Assembly: GCA_030141605.1 (NCBI GenBank)
Contig: JAQGDQ010000908.1
Coordinates: 1,029-65,028, forward strand
Length of the DNA stretch: 64,000 nt
Direction of reading: 5' to 3'
Source of the DNA: Tubiluchus corallicola
Lineage: Eukaryota > Animalia > Priapulida
The position numbers and the translations under genes are program-made. Shown piece after piece: positions 55,753 to 64,000 of the stretch (within the stretch, counting starts at the first letter, position 1; each line of letters opens with the position of its first letter). The notes beneath the pieces are model-generated. The model was given only the letters and a program-made list of their open reading frames with translations. It did not search any database and was not told the DNA's origin.

Positions 55753-58700
55753 ATGGCATCAGCGTTATTCACTAAAAGCGAACTGGAAAATAAAGTAGTT
55801 GAAGAGCTGAGGCAAATTCTTCGTAGCATGTCTTTGGCGGTTTCTGGCAACAAGGCAAATTTAGTACAACGAATTTTGAAGCAACAGGAAACCGGTCCTT
55901 GTATACCAGGCTCTCCAGATGAATCAGCCGATTTATCGCCACCCTCAATAGTAACTGACCAATCCATGCAAGAGAATCGTAGGAGCGAAAAGTCCACCAA
56001 ATCCTCGAGTGTGACGTCATCGAAGAAGAGTGCCAAGCTAAGAAACCAAGAGCTTATGATTAAAGAACAAGAACTCAAACTCCAAGCGATGAGAATACGA
56101 CATGAACGCATGCAGAATGAGTGTAGTTCTGAAGATGAACGTGATGAAGACAGCTTTGGTTCTGCAGCTGATGTTGAGACCAGGTTAGTGGACCATGGAA
56201 CATCAGACTCAAAGGTCAAAGCATGGCTAAGGTCAAGGTCAACATACACGGATCCGACAATTAAACATACACAACCTACATGCGAAAGCGATGAGAATTA
56301 CTTGTCTGAAGCCTTTGTTACTCTAGCAACTACTGATAAGTATGCTTTGGGAGCACTTGTTCTTGCTTCTAGTTTGCATCGCACAAGAACAATGAGATGC
56401 TTAGTCATCATGGTAACAGAGGGTATTTCTTGTGATATTATGACACTTTTGAGAAATGCATTTGATTTGGTTGAACATGTCAGTATTATTGATAGTCATG
56501 AGTTTAAAAGGTTACAATTGTTAGGAAGACCAGAACTTAATGTGAGTTTCACTAAGCTACATTGTTGGAGGTTGACACAATTTAGCAAATGTGTTTTTGT
56601 AGATTCTGATACAATTGTATTAGATAATGTTGATGACATGTTTAGATTTAAAGAGCTGTCAGCTGCCCCTGATGTAGGCTGGCCAGATTGCTTTAACTCT
56701 GGGGTGTTTGTTTACAAACCAAGTATTGATATGTATAATAAGTTAATGTTGTATGCTAAATCAGAATCCTGTACTTTTGATGGTGGGGACCAAGGATTAT
56801 TGAATCAGTTTTTTAAAGACTGGTCAACTAGTTATGAAAAACATTTGCCATTCACTTATAATGCTGTCATTCAGGGTCGGTACGGATATTTACCAGCTTT
56901 AATGCAATTTGGGAAAAATGTAAAAATTGCTCATTTTTTAGGTCAACATAAACTATGGCACTATATTGAACACGATTCGCATACAGCTCACGTGGCGCCA
57001 CCTGTTGGCAAAAAAGGTTATGAATTCGACATAATGAACAAGTGGATACAGATCTTTGATACTGACGTTAGGCCACTGCTGGAAAACAAAAATATTCGTT
57101 TGCCTATGCAGCATCCAAGTTCTGGAAATCAGTGTCTGAATGCATCAGCGTCTGCCTTTATTCCACTAGCGCATGGCAGTAATATACTGCGCGAGAATAG
57201 GCATGGTTTTAATTCTACTCAACCTACCATTTGTACTGCTAACTTAAGCGACATGCCTAATCAATGCCACCCACAGAGCAATGACATGACTATGATAATG
57301 AACATCATGCTTGAAGCACAGCGTCAACATACCAACATGTACAAAGCAATGCAACTTCCAATAGCGGAGTTGGACAAATTTGATGGTAGCGTTCTAAACT
57401 TTTGGCAATTCATGAGACGTTTTGAAGCCAACGTCGAGAGCTACACACAAGATGAGGCTGCGAGGTTTCAGAGATTAATGCAATTTTGCACTGGAAAAGC
57501 CAAAAAAGTTGTAGAAAGTTGTAGCTACATGGACCCCAGTCGAGCATACAAGCATGCAAAGCAGTTACTCATCGACAGGTTCGGCTCCTCGTTTATGGTT
57601 ACTCAGGCTTGGATGTCAAAAATAATCGAGTTTGACCAAATCAAGGCCAATGACAACGAGAAGCTGCGAGAATTTGCTGACTTACTTTTAAGCTGTGTCG
57701 AGACGTTGAAAGCAATGAATAATCTCAGCGAAATTAATACACAGACAAGTCTCGTTCAGATTGTTAAAAAACTGCCATACAAATTCCATGATAAATGGAA
57801 AGACGTGGTGTCCAGGATAGCAAAACATGAAATCAGAAACCCATGTATTTATGATTTGCTAACATTCATTCAGGAAAATGCTGAAAAAATGAACCACCCT
57901 GTATATGGTAGCCTCGGCGATTGGGAAAAACCTAAACGAAGCATCTTTGCCAAAAATTATGCCACCTCTGCTAAAACACCTCAAGTTCAAACAAACAATG
58001 GCAAGGCGAAAACAAATCAAGAAAAGCCGCAAACCAAAAGCGCCCAATTTTGCAAAAAAGTTTGCATATTTTGCAACTCAAATGAGCATTCTTCTCTTGG
58101 ACAGTGTGAAGCTTTTGCAGCTATGGACCCCCCAGCTAAGTTGATGTTCGTGCGTAAGGAACGCCTCTGCTTTAATTGTTTGGCGAAAGGAAAACATAGA
58201 GCAGCTAGATGTTTCAAACCGTCTTGTAGTGTTAATGAATGCAACAAGAAGCATTCAGCTTTATTGCACGATGCAGTGGGGAGGCTGAGCAGTTCTTCTT
58301 CAGATGTTAATAGGCTTGCCAGGGATGAGCAGCAAAGAAAAGACGAGACTGAAGCTACAAGCTGTGCAAATAGGGACAGTTCTAAAGGAAAGAAGATAGC
58401 ATTGCCTATGGTCAAAGTTCAAGTACATGTACATGGAAGAGACCCTGTTGAAGCCATGGCTCTGTTAGACCCTGGATCTACAAACACGTTTTGTTCCAGG
58501 AAGCTGTTTGACAGCATAGGTGCTGAAGGAAAAGAGGATGTTCTTACCCTAACCACAATCGAGAAACGCCAAAGTAAAGCAGACACTTTAGTTACAAGTT
58601 TCGTTGTTACGGACAGCATTGGTGAAAACAGAATCATGTTGCCTCATGTTTTTGTTCGACAATCACTGATGCTAGATACAGAATGCTTTGCATCAGTCGC

Positions 58701-59049
58701 AGATGTTCAAAAATGGCCGCACTTGAAAGAGATAGCGTCATCTTTAGTTGAGTATCACGGACACGATGAAGACCTAAGCTTACTAATCGGTCTTGACGTA
58801 CCTGATGCCTTGGCGCCTCTGCAAGTTAGACGTGGTGTTGTAAACGCTCCTTATGCTGTTAAGACGAAGTTAGGATGGACGTTGAATGGGCCTATAGCGG
58901 GCAGCAAAGTACACAACGTGTCAGTAAATAATTATGTTCTGGTCAAAGAGTCTTCTGAAGCCAAAACAGATGTCTTGCAGCAGCAAGTCGAGAGATTTTG
59001 GAAAATAGATTCTGTTTGGATGATGAGCAGTATTCTAGAGAAGAGATGA
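55753..59049 (+). CDS. BEL/Pao Gag-protease polyprotein with an in-frame glycogenin (GT8) domain
   Basis: Uninterrupted ~1100-codon ORF with ATG at 55753. Contains a SAP motif (ELENKVVEELRQILRSMSLAVSGNKANLVQRIL), knuckles CIFC..H....C, CFNC....H....C and C...C..H...H, and the protease motif DPGS. Confidence 0.92.
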   Translation: MASALFTKSELENKVVEELRQILRSMSLAVSGNKANLVQRILKQQETGPCIPGSPDESADLSPPSIVTDQSMQENRRSEKSTKSSSVTSSKKSAKLRNQELMIKEQELKLQAMRIRHERMQNECSSEDERDEDSFGSAADVETRLVDHGTSDSKVKAWLRSRSTYTDPTIKHTQPTCESDENYLSEAFVTLATTDKYALGALVLASSLHRTRTMRCLVIMVTEGISCDIMTLLRNAFDLVEHVSIIDSHEFKRLQLLGRPELNVSFTKLHCWRLTQFSKCVFVDSDTIVLDNVDDMFRFKELSAAPDVGWPDCFNSGVFVYKPSIDMYNKLMLYAKSESCTFDGGDQGLLNQFFKDWSTSYEKHLPFTYNAVIQGRYGYLPALMQFGKNVKIAHFLGQHKLWHYIEHDSHTAHVAPPVGKKGYEFDIMNKWIQIFDTDVRPLLENKNIRLPMQHPSSGNQCLNASASAFIPLAHGSNILRENRHGFNSTQPTICTANLSDMPNQCHPQSNDMTMIMNIMLEAQRQHTNMYKAMQLPIAELDKFDGSVLNFWQFMRRFEANVESYTQDEAARFQRLMQFCTGKAKKVVESCSYMDPSRAYKHAKQLLIDRFGSSFMVTQAWMSKIIEFDQIKANDNEKLREFADLLLSCVETLKAMNNLSEINTQTSLVQIVKKLPYKFHDKWKDVVSRIAKHEIRNPCIYDLLTFIQENAEKMNHPVYGSLGDWEKPKRSIFAKNYATSAKTPQVQTNNGKAKTNQEKPQTKSAQFCKKVCIFCNSNEHSSLGQCEAFAAMDPPAKLMFVRKERLCFNCLAKGKHRAARCFKPSCSVNECNKKHSALLHDAVGRLSSSSSDVNRLARDEQQRKDETEATSCANRDSSKGKKIALPMVKVQVHVHGRDPVEAMALLDPGSTNTFCSRKLFDSIGAEGKEDVLTLTTIEKRQSKADTLVTSFVVTDSIGENRIMLPHVFVRQSLMLDTECFASVADVQKWPHLKEIASSLVEYHGHDEDLSLLIGLDVPDALAPLQVRRGVVNAPYAVKTKLGWTLNGPIAGSKVHNVSVNNYVLVKESSEAKTDVLQQQVERFWKIDSVWMMSSILEKR
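56305..57081 (+). other. GYG: Glycogenin catalytic domain (GT8) embedded in Gag
   Basis: EAFVTLATTDKYALGALVLASSL; RPELNVSFTKLHCWRLTQFSKCVFVDSD; ELSAAPDVGWPDCFNSGVFVYKPS; FDGGDQGLLN; HLPFTYN; RYGYLPA; HFLGQHKLW; KWIQIFDTDVRPLL. These blocks are collinear with roughly the first 260 residues of animal glycogenin. Confidence 0.95.
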
Positions 59050-60467
59050 TGGTCATCGATATTTGGGAAAGCTCAATAACCAGAAGAGACGGCCACTATG
59101 AGTTAGAAATACCATTTAAAGGCAAACATAATGTTATTCCTGATAGCTTTCAGATGGCAGCAAAACGGCTCAATGGACTCAGAAGAAAATTCACCAAGAA
59201 TCCCATTCTTCATCAAAAGTACACTGACGGAATCAACGATTTGCTAAACAAGGGTCATGCAGAGCTAGTGGAAGAACAATCAGCAAGTACTCCTACACAT
59301 CTGACTTGGTATCTTCCTCACTTCCCAGTCTTTAACGAAAATAAACCAGATAAAACCCGTATTGTTTTTGATTGCGGTGCAGAGTGCGAAGGTATTTCAC
59401 TGAACAAATTGGCTTTGCAAGGTCCTGACCTTACGAATAATTTGGTTGGTGTCCTCTTGCGATTTAGGCAGTATCCAGTTGCCGTGCTAGCAGATATACG
59501 TGAGATGTATCACCAAGTGTTTGTTTCGCCCAAGCATAGAGATATGCTGAGGTTCATTTGGTGGCCTGAGGGACGAATTGACCAGCCTCTTCAGATACTT
59601 AGAATGACCGTGCATCTTTTTGGAGGGGTTTGGTCCCCCAGTGCGGCTTCATTTGCCTTGAAACGCACTGCATTGGACTACCAAAACAGCTTTGATAAAG
59701 AAACGGTAGCAACAGTGCTTTACAATTTTATGTGGATGACTGCCTAAAGTCAGTCGAGAATGTGGACCAAGCATTGAAGCTAATTACTCAGCTAAAGCTG
59801 CTTTTACAGAAGGGTGGATTTTGTTTGACGAAATGGATGTCAAACGATAAACGTGTTCTCGACACTATCCCAATTGAAGATAGGGGAAAAGGTGTTAAAG
59901 ATCTAAACTTGTCAAATGACACACTGCCAAATGAGCGTGCCTTGGGAATAAGTTGGCAGATGGAGGCTGATATGCTAGGCGTCCATGTAAAACAAAAGGA
60001 GCATCCCAATACAAAGCATGGATTGCTTAGTTCTCTTTCCAGTGTCTATGATCCCCTTGGAATGTGTGGTCCATTTGTTCTACAAGGAAAGAAACTGTTT
60101 CAAGAAGAATGTCGTTTACCAGACAAAATGTGGGATAGCAAGTTGGACGGCGCCATAGAGAAGAAATGGAAACAATGGAAAGACGAAAGCACACTGTTAA
60201 CAGATTTCAAGATTGAGAGATCATTCATGCCTCGTGAGTTTGGTAAGGTGATATCCACAGAGCTTCATTATTTTTGTGACGCTTCTGAAAGTGCTTATGG
60301 TGTGGTAGTGTTCATTCGTCAGCAGAATGAGCTCAACGTTATCCACACTGCCTTTGTCATTGCGAAATCAAGGCTAACTCCGATGAAAGGACTGACTATT
60401 CCTCGCCTGGAGTTATGTGCAGCAGCTCTTGCAGCTAAACTTGAAAAGGTGCTATGGAAAGAGCTAA
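59015..60467 (+). CDS. BEL/Pao reverse transcriptase and partial RNase H; frameshifted at ~59016 and ~59728
   Basis: ORFs 58998-59747 and 59732-60526 carry the RT and Peptidase_A17/RNase H motifs. NFYVDD is split by a single-base deletion. Confidence 0.9.
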
Positions 60468-63400
60468 TGGAAGTCCTCTGTCCTCTTGGAAGTCCTCTGT
60501 CCTTTTGGCTATCTTCAATCCTATAGGAAGTTATCTAGGAAGACATATGTCTTCATGGAATTTCTGTGTCCTCTAGGAAGTCCTCTGTCTTCTTGGAAGT
60601 CCTCTGTCCTTTTGGTTATCTTCAACCCTCTGGGAAGTCTTCTAGGAGATCCTCTGTCCCCGAGAAGTCCTCTTTCCTCCACAAGTCTTCTGTCTTCTAG
60701 GAAGTGCTCTAGGAAATCATCTAGGAAGACCTCTGTCCTTTTGGAAGTCTTTTATCTTCCAGGAACTCATCTAGGAAATCATTTAGGAAGACCTTTGTCT
60801 TCTGGGAAGTCCTCTGTCCTTTTGGCTATCTTCAATCCTATAGGAAGTTATCTAGGAAGACAACTGTTTTCAAAAAAATTCTGTGTCTTCTTCGAAGTCC
60901 TGTGTCCTTTTGGTTATCTTCAATCCTCTAAGAAGTCTTCTAGGAGATCCTCTGTCCTCCAAGAAGTCCTCTTTCCTCTAGAAGTCTTCTGTCTTCTAGG
61001 AAGTCCTCTAGGAAATCATTTAGGAAGACCTTTGTCTTCTGGGAAGTCCTCTGTCCTTTTGGAAGTCCTCTGTCCTTTTGGCTATCTTCAATCCTATAGG
61101 AAGTCAACTAGGAAGACATTTGTCTTCAAGGAAATTCGGTTTCCTTTTGGTGTCCTCTGTCTTCTTGTAAGTCCTCTGTCCTTTTGGATGTCTTCAATCC
61201 TCTAAGAAGTCTTCTAGGAGAACCTCTGTTTCCCGAGAAGTCCTCTTTCCTCTACAAGTCTTCTATCTTCTAGGAAGTCCTCTAGGAAATCATTTAGGAA
61301 GACCTTTGTCTTCTGGGAAGTCCTCTGTCCTTTTGGAAGTCCTCTGTCCTTTTGGCTATCTTCAATCCTATAGGAAGTCATCTAGGAAGACATTTGTCTT
61401 CAAGGAAATTCTGTGTCCTCTTGCAAGTCCTCTGTCTTCTTTGAAGTCCTCTGTCCTTTTGGTTATCTTCAACCCTCTACGAAGTCTTCCAGGAGATCCT
61501 CTGTCCCCCGGGAAGTCCTCTTTCCTCGACAAGTCTTCTGTCTTCTAGGAAGTCCTGTAGGAAATCATCTAGGAAGACCTTTGTCTTCTAGGAAGTCCTC
61601 TGTCCTTTTGGAAGCCCCCTGTCCTCTACAAAGTCCTCTGTCCTTTTGGAAGTCTTTTATCCTCCAGGAAGTCATCTAGGAAGACATTTGTCTTCAAGGA
61701 AATTCTGTGTCCTCTTGGAAGTCCACTGTGTTTTTTCAAGTCCTCTGTCCTTTTGGATATCTTCAATCCTCTAGGAAGTCGTCTAGAACGACATTTGTCT
61801 TCAAGGAAATTCGGTTTCCTTTTGGTGTCCTCTGTCTTCTTGTAAGTCCTCTGTCCTTTTGGATGTCTTCAATCCTCTAAGAAGTCTTCTAGGAGAACCT
61901 CTGTTTCCCGAGAAGTCCTCTTTCCTCTACAAGTCTTCTGTCTTCTAGGAAGTCCTGTAGGGAATCAGGGAAGACCTTTGTCTTCTTGGAAGTCCTCTGT
62001 CATTTTGGAAGTCTTTTATCTTCCAGGAAGTCATCTAGGAAGACATCTGTTTTCAAAAAAATTCTGTGTCTTCTTGGAAGTCCTGTGTCCTTTTGGTTAT
62101 CTTCAATCCTCTAAGAAGTGTTCTAGGAGATCCTCTGTCCTCCAAGAAGTCCTCATTCCTCTAGAAGTCTTCTGTCTTCTAGGAAGTCCTCTAGGAAATC
62201 ATTTAGGAAGACCTTTGTCTTCTGGGAAGTCCTCTGTCCTTTTGGAAGCCCTCTGTCCTCTAGAAAGTCCTCTGTCCTTTTGGAAGCCCCCTGTCCTCTA
62301 CAAAGTCCTCTGTCTTTTGGAAGTCTTTTATCCCCCAGGAAGTCATCTAGGAGGACAATTGTCTTCAAAGAAATTCTGTGTCTTCTTGGAAGTCCTGTGT
62401 CCTCTTGGTAATCTTCAACCCTCTAGGAAGTCTTCCAGGAGATCCTCTGTCCCCCAGGAATCCTCTTTCCTCGACAAGTCTTCTGTCTTCTAGGAAGTCC
62501 TGTAGGAAATCATCTAGGAAGACCTTTGTCTTCTAGGAAGTCCTCTGTCCTTTTGGAAGCCCTCTGTCCTCTAGAAAGTCCTCTGTCCTTTTGGAAGCCC
62601 CCTGTCCTCTACAAAGTCCTCTGTCTTTTTGGAAGTCTTTTATCCTCCAGGAAGTCATCTAGGAGGACAATTGTCTTCAAGGAAATTCTGTGTCCTCTTG
62701 GAAGACCTCTGTCTTCTTGGAAGTCCTCTGTCATTTTGGAAGTCTTTTATCTTCCAGGAAGTCATCCAGGAAGACATTTGTCTTCAAGAAAATTCTGTGT
62801 CCTCTAGGAAATCCTTTATGAACTTTTCTGTCCTCCTGGAAGTCCTCTGCCCTTTTGGAAGTCATCTAGGAAGTCCTCTAGGGAATTGTTTAGGAAGATT
62901 TTGTCTTGCAGGAAGTCCTCTGTGTTTTTGGAAGTTCTCTGTCTTCTTGGAAGGCCTCTGTCCTTTTGGATATCTTCAATCCTCTAAGAAGTCTTCTAGA
63001 TCTTCTGTCCTCCAAGAAGTCCTCTTTCCTCTAGAAGTCTTCTGTCTTCTAGGAAGTCCTCTAGGAAATCATTTAGGAAGACCTTTGTCTTCTGGGAAGT
63101 CCTCTGTCCTTTTGGATCTTCATCTAGGAAGTCATCTATTTGTCTTCAAGGAAATTCTGTGTCCTCTTGGAAGTCCTCTGTCTTCTAGGAAGTCCTCTAG
63201 GAAATCATTTAGGAAGACCTTTGTCTTCTGGGAAGTCCTCTCTGTCCTTTTGGAAGCCCTCTGTCCTCTAGAAAGTCCTCTGTCCTTTTGGAAGCCCCCT
63301 GTCCTCTACAAAGTCCTCTGTCCTTTTGGAAGTCTTTTATCCTCCAGGAAGTCATCTAGGAAGACATTTGTTTTCAAGGAAATTCTGTGTCCTCTAGGAA

Positions 63401-64000
63401 GTCCTCTGTCTTCTTGGAAGTCCTCTGCCCTCTAAGAAATCCTTTATGAAGTCCTCTAGGAAATTGTTTAGGAAGACCTTTGTCTTGCAGGAAGTCCTGT
63501 GTTTTTGGAAGTCCTCTGTCTTCCATCCTTTAGGAAGTCTTCTAGGAGTTCCTCTGTCCTTAAAGAAGTCCCCTTTCCTCTAGGAAGTCCTCTGTCCTTT
63601 TGGCTATCTTTAATCCTATAGGAAGTCATCTAGGAAGACATTTGTCTTCAAGGAAATTCTGTGTCCTATTGGAAGTCCTCTGTCTTCTTTGAAGTCCTCT
63701 GTCCTTTTGGTTATCTTCAACCCTCTAGGAAGTATTCTAGGAGATCCTCTGTCCCCCGAGAAGTCCTCTTTCCTCTACAAGTCTTCTGTCTTCTAGGAAG
63801 TCCTCTAGGAAATCATCTAGGAAGACCTTTGTCTTCTAGGAAGTCCTCTGTCCTTTTGGAAGCCCTCTGTCCTCTAGAAAGTCCTCTGTCCTTTTGGAAG
63901 CCCCCTGTCCTCTACAAAGTCCTCTGTCCTTTTGGAAGTCTTTTATCCTCCAGGAAGTCATCTAGGAAGACATCTGTTTTCAAAAAAATTCTGTGTCCTC
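60468..64000. repeat. Satellite array, ~19-20 bp monomer (GGAAGTCCTCTGTCCTTTT-like) with higher-order repeats
   Basis: Continuous variants of the monomer run to the window end. Diagnostic variants recur, e.g. aaattcggtttcc at ~61132 and ~61808, and caaaaaaattctg at ~60871, ~62054 and ~63981. Confidence 0.95.

Larger units (their letters stand above)
55084..60467 (+). mobile_element. BEL/Pao LTR retrotransposon carrying a captured glycogenin domain; 3'-truncated in RNase H; 5' boundary (TGTTAAG at 55084) tentative
   Basis: Domain order is SAP, glycogenin, DUF1759-like capsid (LDKFDG...FWQFMRRFE), three BEL-type Cys-His knuckles, protease (ALLDPGST), RT (YLPHFPV, KTRIVFD, LLRFR, ADIREMY, HLFGGVWSP, YVDD) and Pao RNase H (LHYFCDASESAYG, AKSRLTP..TIPRLELCAA). 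Confidence 0.93.

Noticed and set aside
56305-57081. Interpretation as the ordinary host glycogenin gene overlapped by a transposon
   Set aside because: It has no start or stop of its own, no introns and no C-terminal tail, and it is in continuous frame with Gag on both sides.
55743-58637. Antisense ORFs over the BEL gag (168, 132, 72 aa)
   Set aside because: Shadow frames of a long coding strand with no recognisable motifs.
60486-63435. Several long Ser/Leu/Pro-rich ORFs (up to 268 aa)
   Set aside because: They are translations of the satellite monomer and show no protein-like complexity.
60468-64000. CRISPR-like appearance of short recurring units
   Set aside because: There are no unique spacers and no cas genes, the context is eukaryotic, and the sequence is a degenerate tandem array.

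Overview
AT-rich, repeat-rich eukaryotic DNA, most likely from an invertebrate animal; the 5S fragment looks mollusc/annelid-like. There are three long host-type ORFs on the + strand, each with an N-terminal membrane anchor: a DUF268 methyltransferase-like protein (~17.0-18.0 kb), a GT10 alpha-1,3-fucosyltransferase (28.4-29.6 kb) and a FkbM/Star-like methyltransferase (46.1-47.1 kb). A possible GT31 exon lies at 3.3-3.8 kb. These sit among decayed Gypsy, BEL/Pao, LINE, piggyBac and TIR elements. The standout is a BEL/Pao LTR retrotransposon (55.7-60.5 kb). Its open Gag-protease frame carries an intronless, essentially complete glycogenin (GT8) catalytic domain fused in frame between the N-terminal SAP region and the capsid-like region, with the DxD motif and the self-glucosylation Tyr retained. 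The element is cut off inside RNase H by a ~19-20 bp-monomer satellite with higher-order structure that runs to the window end. All family calls come from motif recognition; no database search was run.
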